Assembly: GCF_039654945.1 (NCBI RefSeq)
Contig: NW_027361891.1
Location: 6,324,001 to 6,388,000 of the forward strand
DNA from: Dendrobates tinctorius
Lineage: Eukaryota
DNA length: 64,000 nucleotides
Direction of reading: 5' to 3'
The notes below the pieces were generated by a model. The model did not search any database. It was given only the letters and a program-made list of their open reading frames with translations, and was not told the DNA's origin. How positions within the stretch are numbered: the stretch's first letter is position 1; the number at the start of each line of letters is the position of its first letter. Position numbers and translations under genes: made by a program. Shown here piece by piece: positions 1 to 10,369 of this stretch.

Positions 1-304
1 AGCTCCGGGGACAGTGTAGGTGACAGGCGGCGTCTGCTGCCGCTCCCACAGCCACATCTGTGGCCATTGCCTGGGCTGCCACCCTCCAGACGTGTTCCTG
101 CAGGCCTGGCAGGGGCCTCAAGGGGTTAACCCCCGCCTTCCCAGCTTTGTCTGCTCCGTGTACCTGGAGCCGGCGGTGACCCGGAGACCTGTCACCGGGG
201 AAAGCTGCTAATGGGAAGATCTGAACAATGGCCTCATGTCTGGTCCTAGTGTATCCTATCCCGTGTGTGCAGTGTGGGGCAGCACATTATGCCAGTTATG
301 TATG

Positions 305-1925
305 GCTGGGCCGGCACCGGGTACGGCGGGCTGTGTCCTACAGTGGGCACGGCCTGTGTGTGGCTATGGCTGGCACCGAGTACGGCGGGCTGTGTCCTAC
401 AGTGGGCACGGCCTGTGTGTGGCTATGGCCGGCACCGGGTACGGCGGGCTGTGTCCTACAGTGGGCACGGCCTGTGTGTGGCTATGGCTGGCACCGAGTA
501 TGGCGGGCTGTGTCCTACAGTGGGCACGGCCTGTGTGTGGCTATGGCTGGCACCGAGTACGGCGGGCTGTGTCCTACAGTGGGCACGGCCTGTGTGTGGC
601 TATGGCCGGCACCGGGTACGGCGGGCTGTGTCCTACAGTGGGCACGGCCTGTGTGTGGCTATGGCTGGCACCGAGTACGGCGGGCTGTGTCCTACAGTGG
701 GCACGGCCTGTGTGTGGCTATGGCTGGCACCGAGTACGGTGGGCTGTGTCCTACAGTGGGCACGGCCTGTGTGTGGCTATGGCCGGCACCGGGTACGGCG
801 GGCTGTGTCCTCAGTGGGCACGGCCTGTGTGTGGCTATGGCCGGCACCATGTACGGCAGGCTGTGTCCTACAGTGGGCACGGCCTGTGTGTGGCTATGGC
901 TGGCACCGGGTACGGCGGGCTGTGTCCTCAGTGGGCACGGCCTGTGTGTGGCTATGGCCGGCACCATGTACGGCAGGCTGTGTCCTACAGTGGGCACGGC
1001 CTGTGTGTGGCTATGGCTGGCACCGGGTACGGCGGGCTGTGTCCTACAGTGGGCACGGCCTGTGTGTGGCTATGGCCGGCACCGGGTACGGCGGGCTGTG
1101 TCCTCAGTGGGCACGGCCTGTGTGTGGCTATGGCCGGCACCATGTACGGCAGGCTGTGTCCTACAGTGGGCACGGCCTGTGTGTGGCTATGGCTGGCACC
1201 GAGTACGGCGGGCTGTGTCCTACAGTGGGCACGGCCTGTGTGTGGCTATGGCCGGCACCGGGTACGGCGGGCTGTGTCCTCAGTGGGCACGGCCTGTGTG
1301 TGGCTATGGCCGGCACCATGTATGGCAGGCTGTGTCCTACAGTGGGCACGGCCTGTGTGTGGCTATGGCTGGCACCATGTACGGCAGGCTGTGTCCTACA
1401 GTGGGCACGGCCTGTGTGTGGCTATGGCAGGCACCATGTACGGCAGGCTGTGTCCTACAGTGGGCACGGCCTGTGTGTGGCTATGGCTGGCATCGGGTAC
1501 GGCGGGATGTGGCTGTGTCCTACAGTGGGCACGGCCTGTGTGTGGCTATGGATGGCGCTGGGCACGGCCTCTGTGTGGCTATGGCTGGCACCATGTACGG
1601 CAGGCTGTGTCCTACAGTGGGCACGGCCTGTGTGTGGCTATGGCAGGCACCATGTACGGCAGGCTGTGTCCTACAGTGGGCACGGCCTGTGTGTGGCTAT
1701 GGCTGGCATCGGGTACGGCGGGATGTGGCTGTGTCCTACAGTGGGCACGGCCTGTGTGTGGCTATGGATGGCGCTGGGCACGGCCTCTGTGTGGCTATGG
1801 CTGGCATTGGGTACGGCGGGATGTGGCTGTGTCCTACAGTGGGCACGGCCTGTGTGTGGCTATGGCCGGCATCGGGTACTGCTTGTGTGTGGCTGTGTCC
1901 TACAGTGGGCACAGCCTGTGTGTGG
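305..1925. repeat. GC/CpG-rich minisatellite, 59-bp unit (58-bp variants), ~27 copies, in DYRK2 intron 1
   Basis: The unit GGCTATGGC(C/T)GGCACCG(G/A)GTACGGCGGGCTGTGTCCT(A)CAGTGGGCACGGCCTGTGTGT shifts 1 nt per 60-nt line. It explains the three long repetitive ORFs. Confidence 0.95.
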
Positions 1926-2326
1926 TGATATTCTCTGTGCAACGTTCTCTGTAGGGCCCGGCGGCCTGCGGCGACGCTCCTGTACGGGGGCCCAGCGGCG
2001 ACGCTCCTGTGCGGGGCCCGGCGGCCTGCGGCTTTGCTCCTCCTGTGCGGGGCCTGGCTGTGACTTATGGCCCCACACTGTAGGGCACAGTGGGCCTGTG
2101 TCTTTTCTGCACCCTTTCTTGGCCATTTTCTATATAGTACTCTACTAACAGTGTATTTTTGTGTTGTGCATCGCGGCCATACGGCTCTGCACTGGATGCT
2201 GGCAGTTTTCTGTTATATTGGCTATAGCCGGGACCGGCACCAGATGTTTGGCAGGATGTCATGTACTTGTTGGCTATAACGGTTTTGAATTGTGTGTGTT
2301 TTTTTTTTTTCCCTCTTGTATTTTAG

Positions 2327-2451
2327 GCAGAGGAAGTGAAGGTACTAGTCAGTTGCAGCAATCTCCGGCCTTGGCCCGTTCTGCTGCCGGAACAGTGCCA
2401 TCGTCACCAGTATCATTGCCGCCCTTAAGAACCAGCAACGCAGCACACACG
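2327..2451 (+). CDS. DYRK2: DYRK2 coding exon 2 (N-terminal region)
   Basis: Polypyrimidine tract and TTTTAG acceptor; ACG|GTAAGC donor. Encodes (G)RGSEGTSQLQQSPALARSAAGTVPSSPVSLPPLRTSNAAHT, resembling the mammalian DYRK2 exon-2 peptide (GRGGDS...PIALPPLRASNAAAAAHT). The phase-0 end joins in frame to 15062. Exon 1 is not seen in the window. Confidence 0.85.
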
Positions 2452-3432
2452 GTAAGCACCTTGGATGGCCAGCTCGTGCATTGGCCTATTAGCCTTCCTA
2501 ATTTGTCTATTAATCGTCTTCTTGACTTCTAAATTCAGCCGAGACATTGATATTTATAGAAATAAATGTGGAAGATACAGTCAGGGTGACAGCCAAGCGG
2601 CAAGGGCGTCTGTTTCATGTCTGCTGGGCGGCTACAAGGCTCCTGTACATCACCGGAGGAACGAATGGGCTTTGTCATTCTTAGTATTTTTATTCTAGTT
2701 CCTGTATATATTGTGTTATTTCAGTGTTTGTGTACGTTGCATTCTCTCTGATTTAGATCCGCCCTTGAGATACATTCCATTATTTTCCTACAGATTAATC
2801 CGTTTGCGTCTTCTTTCTGTCATTCTCCGGATCAGACTCTGGCTGTCATCATCTGGTTTCTACTTCACCTTCTATGAACTTTCTCTAGGAGACACAAATG
2901 GCCGTTAATGGCTTTTTATGGTTGAGCATTGTATTATTCATTAGAGGACGCAGAGTTTTTAGTTAATTATCTATGCGGGGTCACGTTCGGTCAGCTCATG
3001 TGGCGCCTGTTTTGCCCCATCTACATCGTTTCTACTTTTTAGTGTATAGCAGCTGTCGGATGCCCCCGGTATTGGGCAGACAGGTGGCAGACAGCTGCTC
3101 TGTATTGAAACATTTTAGGAATAAAATGTCAGTTCCATGTTCTGCTGCTGTTCGGCGGTCATCTCCATTTCTCCGAGCCGTCCAGCGAACCTTTCCCTTG
3201 ATAGTTCCCAGCTACAATGAAAGGATTTGGTAGTAAACCTCTATTTACTTCCTTGTTTTCTTCTGCTCATACCTTCCGTATCTTCAAACATGTCTTTGCT
3301 TGTTACGTTTCAGATGGCCATACCCTTAGGTGAATGATACAGAGCGGTCCTGCCCGGCTTCCTTATAACCATTCATTTCAATAGGCAGAGAAGGAGAAGT
3401 AGCTGCGAGACCCCTCATTGTCATATCTGTTA

Positions 3433-4140
3433 GGCTACTTTCACACTTGCTTTTTTTTGCAGTGCGTTTTTCCCGCAAAAAAACGCATGGAAAAACGCAT
3501 ACAAATGCTGCATTTTTTTCAAGCATTTTTATGCGCATGCATGAAAAAAACGTAGCGTTTTTATGTGTTTGTGTTTTTATGCGTTTTTATCGCGTTTGCG
3601 TTTTTTCCAACATTAGTTGGCCTCACCAAAAAATCAAGATAGGGTTAGGATTAACACTAACCCAAACCATGACTTTACTAACCCTAACCAAACCATACTA
3701 ACTCTAACCAAACCCTAACCCTAAACCCTAACTAACCCTTAACCAAACCATACTAACCCTAAACCCCCTTAACTAACCCTATCTCTAACCCAAACCCCTA
3801 ATTTCCATTGTCTAACCAGTGGTCAACAAAAAAAACGCATACATGAGCATACCAATGCGCACGTATGCGCACCCATAGACTTACAATGGGTGTCTTGCTG
3901 TAAAAAAACGCATTGCGTGCGCATGCGTTTTTTGAGGCAAGTCGGACGCCCAAAAAATGCAACAGGATGCATTTTGTGCGCCCGAGCGCACACCACAAAA
4001 AAACGCATGCGCGTAAAAACGCATACAAACGCATGTGTATGCACACATAAGCGCATCCCATGCAAAATATAGGGAAAAAAAGCGCATGCGTTTTTTAGCG
4101 CTAAAATACAGCGCAAAAAAACGCAAGTGTGAAACCAGCC
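3433..4140. mobile_element. PIF/Harbinger-type MITE
   Basis: TIR GGCTACTTTCACACTTGC / GCAAGTGTGAAACCAGCC with TTA on both flanks. Internal AAAACGCA repeats and a degenerate CCCTAA tract. Confidence 0.8.
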
Positions 4141-4389
4141 TTAATAGCTGTTACCTTGGAGACACTTTTATATTACCGAATTGTATAAGTCATGATGCCT
4201 AATAATTTATGGTTATCAAAAATGAGTTTATTTTTTTGCAATGTTGCCAGAACTAAAGGTGAGTCTGATCTTTCTGGCTGCCGTGGATTCCAAAGCTAGC
4301 AGCTGAAGTCTTCAATGGCCTTGTCAGGCCAGTCTCCTTGATTATGGCAGAAATGATGTTAACGCTCATTTGACAATTATCTTTACTTC

Positions 4390-5426
4390 CAGCAAATTTA
4401 CCACAGATAAATTGCCCAGGTTAAAAAAAAAAAAAAAGTATGTTCTGTTAAAGTAAAATATACTGTTAACGTATTTAAAAAAGTAAATATAACAAAGAAA
4501 GGTGCTGGATAAAAAGAGGGACTCTATTCAGTGTGTCACAGGGTATAAACATGCAAATTTATATTCGACCAATCATAATCAGTTGCACAAAGTTACAAAA
4601 TATGTCAATGGTATGTAGGCAGACTGAACTACCCAGGGAATGTACCCAAAGGCAGCTAGTAGTATAGCATGCCTTAGTGATTAGATACACTATGCCTATA
4701 AAAATACAAGAACCGATCTATAATGGGTAGAAAAAAATTGTATAAAGTACCAATTTGATATCAATAAGGTATCACAGGAAAAAACAGGGTAGAAAACAAG
4801 TGTTTAATGGCTGCTATATAAGCATTCCTACATAGAAAGATTTGTAAGTCAGCCTGTTGGTGAACTAAAGGCCGAATGTCTGCAAGCTGCAAACAAGAGC
4901 AGTGTCATGATTTGTTAGAATGGTCCGATGTGAAAATAGCAGAAAAAGAAGGATGTATTGCACAAATCCCAGTGAATACAATGGTGTCCCTCTGCCCCGA
5001 CGCACGTTTCTCTGCTTCTTTGAGAGGCGTCCATCCTAGCAAAATCATGGTACTGCACTTTTGTTTTCTACTGTTTTTCCCTGTGATACCTTATTGATAT
5101 CGTATTTGTGCTTTATACAACCAATTTTTTTCTACCCATCATAGATCGGTTCTTGTATTTTCATTGGCAGAGTGTATCTAAGTACTAAGGCGTGCTGTAC
5201 TAGCAGGGTAAATTCCCTGGGTAGTGCAGTCTGCCTACTTACCATGGACATATTTTGTAACTTTTTGCATCAGATAATGATTGGTAGAATATAAAATTGC
5301 ATGCTTATATCCCGTGACATACTGTGAGTGTCTTTTTATCCACCATATTTCTTTGTTATATTTCATTTTAAATGCATTTTTAAAACTTATCAATAAAATA
5401 TTAAATTTTACTTGAATTGAATGTAG
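4390..5426. mobile_element. Fold-back (inverted repeat) Penelope-like fragment with a decayed hammerhead remnant
   Basis: 4390-4803 is the reverse complement of 5056-5426 plus 10720-10752. A degenerate hammerhead lies on the minus strand at 4994-5028. Confidence 0.6.
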
Positions 5427-6337
5427 TTTTTACTCTTCGCCACGACAGCACCCACTGGAGGTATCGGATCCGCCCATTTGGAACAGGAAACCCTACAGGA
5501 AAGATAAAAGGGGCGGTCCGCCTTTCCTCCTCAGTTTTGGTTTCCTGTTCCAAATGGAGCAGGATCCTGCAGGATCTTACCCGGGCCATGCATCCGCCTG
5601 TGCGGTCTCCTCTGGAACGGCAGGGGCTGCGGTCCGGAAGCAGCGTCGGGGGAGATTCCGTTTGACGGCTCCCCCCTCGTCTGGTGGCACAGTGGTAATG
5701 ACCAGGTCCGGGGAGGGCCGCCCGGTCTTACCAGGGAGCGGGCCGGTCCGGCATCCGGGGGATCCCCCCCCCCAATCGGTGGGGATATAGCGTGGAGGTG
5801 AGGCCATGAGCGCGCGAGCGAGTAGCGGTGGCGCGGAAGCCGGCCGGCACCCGACGCTCCTATACCCCGGAAGTAATGGTTGAACTTCCGGGGTAGGATG
5901 GCGATGACGCGGCGCATGCGCCCTGTGACAGGGCGACTTCCGGGGGCACGACAAGAAGAAAGATAAAACAGCGCTGTAGCGCTGCATCGTTGGAACCATG
6001 TCGTCCCCCGCAGAGTCGCAAACCCCAGCAGGGGATTCAGCAGGGGGCAACTCCACCAGGGACCGCAGCGCCAGGACAGAGACTGCCCGCAGGAGCGAGG
6101 CAGCAGAAACCCGATCCAGACCGTCTCAGCCATCCGACCCGGTATTAAGCTTCACTGGGTGAGTGTGCAAAGTATATACTCTACCTATTAAGCTAACCTC
6201 CTCCCTCCCCCCCCTCTCTCTTTACCTTTGACCTCTCACTTCAGTCAAACAAAAAAGAAAAAACGAAACATAAAGAATGCGCATTATGTTCAGATCCTCT
6301 CCCTGACTCCTACCCCAAAAAACTCTGCAAACAATGC

Positions 6338-7462
6338 ATGAAAGAGACCAGGCAGGGGTCGACGATATCTTCCAAAGATATCCGAGCCATAATTAGGGAG
6401 GAAATACAAGCCATCAACCGCGCCAGCACTCCCGCAGAGTCCAGTCATAAGAAACAGGTCATTGTTAGTTCAGAGTCAGAGGAAGAACAGGAGTTAAACT
6501 CAGGCTCCGCATCCACGTCCTCATCGTCATCCTCGGAGATGGAAGGACGCGCATGTTTTCCACTGGACAGCGTAGATAACCTTGTAAAAGCGGTTAGAAA
6601 TACTATGGGATGTGAAGAAGAAAGGGGAGCCCAAACCGCGCAGGACATTATGTTTGCGGGATTGGCAGAGAAAAAGAGATCATTTCCGGTGATACCGGCA
6701 ATTAAGGACCTCATCAAAAGAGAGTGGGAGAAACACGACCAGAGGGGTTTTCTCCCATCAGCTTCAAAACGGAAATACCCGTTCACTGATGAAGATCTAT
6801 TAAAATGGACTAAAGTACCAAAGGTGGATGCCGTCATATCCTCCACTTCCAAACAGACCTCGATCCCGGTCGAGGACGCAGGATTGTTAGCAGACCCATT
6901 AGACCGAAAGGCTGAATCTTCACTCAAAAGGTCCTGGGAATCCACCACCGGGGTATTCAAACCCGCAATAGCCAGCACATGTACTGCTAGATCAATGCTG
7001 GTATGGCTAGATCAATTAGACCAGCAGATTGAGCAAAGAGTGTCAAGGGAGAAACTGCGTGCAGCCATCCCGTTGATAAGAGGTGCAGCTGCCTTTATGG
7101 CAGACGCTTCAGCGGACACCCTAAGACTGGCAGCGAGGTCGGCAGCCCTGGTGAATAACGCCAGACGCGCGCTGTGGATAAAGAGCTGGAAAGGGGATGC
7201 ACAATCAAAATCCAAAATTAGTGCAACCCCATGCGAGGGTGAGTTCCTCTTTGGAAAAGCCTTAGACGAAATTCTCGCCAAGGCAAAAGAAAGGAAAAAG
7301 GCCTTCAGTGATTCTCCCATTCCGTTTTATAGGAAAACCTTTAAAAGACGGCCATTCGGGAGAAGAAGGCAATCGGACAGAACGAACAGATGGGCCACGA
7401 AAGACGAAAAGCAGAAGGGTACCATCTTCAGAGGGCCAACATATAGGAGAGATAAAAATTAA
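6338..7462 (+). CDS. DIRS1 ORF1 (gag-like, LAP2alpha C-terminal-like); reading frame open upstream to 6245 with a CxxC...CxxC motif
   Basis: 374-aa ORF in the DIRS ORF1 position with typical motifs (PKVD, DPLDRKAE, ARRALWIKSW, LFG). The upstream in-frame CALC...CKQC follows a splice acceptor at 6244. Confidence 0.85.
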   Translation: MKETRQGSTISSKDIRAIIREEIQAINRASTPAESSHKKQVIVSSESEEEQELNSGSASTSSSSSSEMEGRACFPLDSVDNLVKAVRNTMGCEEERGAQTAQDIMFAGLAEKKRSFPVIPAIKDLIKREWEKHDQRGFLPSASKRKYPFTDEDLLKWTKVPKVDAVISSTSKQTSIPVEDAGLLADPLDRKAESSLKRSWESTTGVFKPAIASTCTARSMLVWLDQLDQQIEQRVSREKLRAAIPLIRGAAAFMADASADTLRLAARSAALVNNARRALWIKSWKGDAQSKSKISATPCEGEFLFGKALDEILAKAKERKKAFSDSPIPFYRKTFKRRPFGRRRQSDRTNRWATKDEKQKGTIFRGPTYRRDKN

Positions 7463-9356
7463 GAGTTTAGACCCACCAGTTGGGGGTAGATTAAATTTTT
7501 TTTTTACCAAGTGGGAACAAATTACGTTAAACCCATGGATTTTGAACATAATCAAGGAAGGAATAAAGATTGAATTCCTTCGGATCCCTTATGAGTTCTT
7601 TGTTATAACTCGCCTTAATTCCTCACTTCAGCAAAAGGCTCTCGAAGACGAGATTCGAGTCCTACTAGCTAAAAAAGTTTTAGTTGACGTCCCTGAGGAA
7701 CAACAGGGTAGAGGCTTTTACTCTCCCCTGTTTTTGGTGCCTAAACCAGACGGTACGTTTAGAACCATTATTAATTTAAAGAAGCTAAATTCATTTATAA
7801 AAAATTATAATTTCAAAATGGAATCAATTAGATCCACTATAAAGCTTCTTTTCCCAAATTGCGTAATGGCAGGGATTGATTTAAAAGATGCTTATTATCA
7901 TCTCCCTATACACAACAGATTCCAGAAATACCTAAGAGTCGCAGTGGAAGTCGAGGGAAGGATTCGTCATTTCCAATACGCGGCAATGCCCTTCGGGCTT
8001 TCCACGGCACCAAGAATATTTACCAAGGTGATGGCAGAAGTGATGGCCTACCTTCGCCAAAAAGACACACTAATTGTACCATATCTAGACGACTTCCTAA
8101 TAATTGGGAATTCAGTCAAACAATGTACTGAACGCGTAACTGACGCAATCTCCTCTTTTCAGAGCCTTGGCTGGATTATCAATATCCAAAAGTCCAGACT
8201 CGATCCGCAATCTCTCCAGACATTTCTAGGATTTCAACTAGATTCCTTGACCCAGAGATGTCTACTACCTCAGGTAAAAATCACCCTCACAAAACAAAAA
8301 ATACAAGCAGCTATAGATAAACCACGTGTATCCTTGAGAGAAGCAATGTCACTATTAGGATCACTAAATTCTTGCACCCCGGCAGTCCGGTGGGCCCAGT
8401 ACCATGTCCGTACGCTACAACACCAGATCCTCCAAGAGGATAAGCGACATAGTGGTCATTTGCAGAGCAAAATAACCCTGTCACAAGAAGTCTTGACTTC
8501 CCTAGAGTGGTGGTTAGACGATAACCACTTATGTTCAGGAGTTCCATGGGTTATAGTTCCATCCTGTATCGTAACCACCGATGCCAGTCCCCAGGGCTGG
8601 GGAGCCCACATGGAGAATGGGTTTCGTCAGGGAAGGTGGAGTAAAGAGGAATGCGATTACTCATCTAATTTAAAAGAACTGACTGCAGTGTTCTATGCTT
8701 TATACAACTTCCTTCCGCAGCTCCAACAGAAGCATGTAAGGATCCTGTCTGACAACACCACCACAGTGGCATATATAAACAGACAAGGAGGAACTCGATC
8801 AGAGACTCTGATGTCTTCAGCGGCAAGAATTTTAAACTTAGCAGAAAACTATTTTTTGTCCCTCTCGGCCCTTCATATCAGAGGCGAGAGCAATCAAAAG
8901 GCAGACTTCCTAAGCCGACACACTCTACGACAAGGAGAGTGGTGCCTCAATCGGAAGGTCTTCAGGGACATAGTAGCCTCATGGGGACAACCCGAGGTGG
9001 ACCTTTTCGCCACAAAGGAGAACAGGCAGATAAAAACATTTGCCTCCCTATCTCCGTCAGATCACCCAGACATACTGGACGCCTTTCTAGCTCCATGGAA
9101 TTTCAACCTGGCGTATGCGTTCCCTCCATTGATCCTCCTACCTCAAGTAATTCGGAAGATCAGAGACGACAAAGCAAGAATAATCTTAATAGCACCGTTC
9201 TGGCCAAAAAGACCGTGGTTTTCGTGGCTGCAGATTATGTCAATAACAGATCCTTGGATCCTTCCGACTGCCAATCTACTCTCCCAAGGCCCCTTTTTCC
9301 ACCCTCAAGTGCTCAGCTTGCACTTGACGGCGTGGAATTTGAGAGGCAGTTATTGA
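7308..9356 (+). CDS. DIRS1 reverse transcriptase / RNase H / methyltransferase-like polyprotein
   Basis: DLKDAY, MPFGLSTAP, YLDD, RNase H TTDAS...SDNTT...ADFLSR, and C-terminal VDLFA...AYAFPP. Confidence 0.95.
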   Translation: MILPFRFIGKPLKDGHSGEEGNRTERTDGPRKTKSRRVPSSEGQHIGEIKIKSLDPPVGGRLNFFFTKWEQITLNPWILNIIKEGIKIEFLRIPYEFFVITRLNSSLQQKALEDEIRVLLAKKVLVDVPEEQQGRGFYSPLFLVPKPDGTFRTIINLKKLNSFIKNYNFKMESIRSTIKLLFPNCVMAGIDLKDAYYHLPIHNRFQKYLRVAVEVEGRIRHFQYAAMPFGLSTAPRIFTKVMAEVMAYLRQKDTLIVPYLDDFLIIGNSVKQCTERVTDAISSFQSLGWIINIQKSRLDPQSLQTFLGFQLDSLTQRCLLPQVKITLTKQKIQAAIDKPRVSLREAMSLLGSLNSCTPAVRWAQYHVRTLQHQILQEDKRHSGHLQSKITLSQEVLTSLEWWLDDNHLCSGVPWVIVPSCIVTTDASPQGWGAHMENGFRQGRWSKEECDYSSNLKELTAVFYALYNFLPQLQQKHVRILSDNTTTVAYINRQGGTRSETLMSSAARILNLAENYFLSLSALHIRGESNQKADFLSRHTLRQGEWCLNRKVFRDIVASWGQPEVDLFATKENRQIKTFASLSPSDHPDILDAFLAPWNFNLAYAFPPLILLPQVIRKIRDDKARIILIAPFWPKRPWFSWLQIMSITDPWILPTANLLSQGPFFHPQVLSLHLTAWNLRGSY

Positions 9357-10369
9357 GGACAAGAGGATTCTCGGAGTCCTTAATTACTACACTACTACAA
9401 AGTAGAAAACAGTCCACAACCCAAATTTACACTAGAATATGGAAAAAATTTCTTCAATTCCATACAGTACCTCATACAGCAGAAGTTCCGATAATCCCAA
9501 TCTTGGAATTTCTGCAGAAGGGGAAAGACTTAGGCTTAGCAGTAAATACACTAAGGGTACAAATATCAGCATTAGGAGCACTATATGGCCATAATATAGC
9601 AGGCAACAAGTGGATAACTCGTTTCATTACAGCATGTGAACGAATAGCTCCAATCCACATACCCTCCGTCCCTACATGGGATCTAAATCTGGTCTTAGAC
9701 GCCCTAACGGTAGACCCCTTTGAGCCGATCGACACAATACCCTTCAAATACTTAGCACTTAAAATGGCCCTCTTAGTATCACTGACCTCAGCTAGAAGAG
9801 TGGGTGATATTCAGGCCTTGTCAATAGATCCACCTTTTTTCCAAGAATACCAAGACAGATTGGTATTAAAACCAGACCCTGCCTACCTGCCAAAAGTGGC
9901 AACAAAATACCATAGATCTCAGGAGATACTCCTCCCAACCTTCTATAAAAATCCCTCTACTCCGGAAGAGCAGAAGTTCCATACTCTGGACGTCAAAAGA
10001 ACTGTCCTAAAATGTATTGAGAGGTCCAACAGTTGGAGGCAGAGTAGGGCCCTATTTGTTTCATTTCAGGGCTGTAAGAAGGGGTATGGAGTCACGAAGA
10101 GCACCATTTCCTGGTGGATCAGAGAGGCCATTCGTTTAGCCTACTCCGCAAAAAACGAAGATCCTCCAGGGAACATCAGGGCGCATTCCACCAGGGCAAT
10201 GGCAACCTCTTGGGCGGAAAAGGGAGATGTTCCGATTGAAACTATATGTAAGGCGGCAGTTTGGTCATCCCCTTCTACCTTCTATAACCACTACAGACTT
10301 GATCTTTCATCAACCTCTGACTTAAGCTTTGGCAGGACTATCCTTGGCACGGTGGTCCCACCCAGGTGA
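8939..10369 (+). CDS. DIRS1 tyrosine recombinase
   Basis: Catalytic motifs SARRVGD, AHSTR and FYNHY. Overlaps the RT ORF, as is usual in DIRS1. Confidence 0.93.
   Translation: MVPQSEGLQGHSSLMGTTRGGPFRHKGEQADKNICLPISVRSPRHTGRLSSSMEFQPGVCVPSIDPPTSSNSEDQRRQSKNNLNSTVLAKKTVVFVAADYVNNRSLDPSDCQSTLPRPLFPPSSAQLALDGVEFERQLLRTRGFSESLITTLLQSRKQSTTQIYTRIWKKFLQFHTVPHTAEVPIIPILEFLQKGKDLGLAVNTLRVQISALGALYGHNIAGNKWITRFITACERIAPIHIPSVPTWDLNLVLDALTVDPFEPIDTIPFKYLALKMALLVSLTSARRVGDIQALSIDPPFFQEYQDRLVLKPDPAYLPKVATKYHRSQEILLPTFYKNPSTPEEQKFHTLDVKRTVLKCIERSNSWRQSRALFVSFQGCKKGYGVTKSTISWWIREAIRLAYSAKNEDPPGNIRAHSTRAMATSWAEKGDVPIETICKAAVWSSPSTFYNHYRLDLSSTSDLSFGRTILGTVVPPR

Noticed and set aside
1-227. DYRK2 exon 1
   Set aside because: No MLTRKP-like start or suitable phase-1 donor was recognised; exon 1 is probably upstream of the window.
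228-2148. Three 566-627-aa ORFs
   Set aside because: They are translations of a stop-free 59-bp minisatellite and cycle through the same peptides in all frames.
5531-6133. 200-aa minus-strand ORF in the DIRS1 leader
   Set aside because: GC-rich antisense frame with no recognisable domain.
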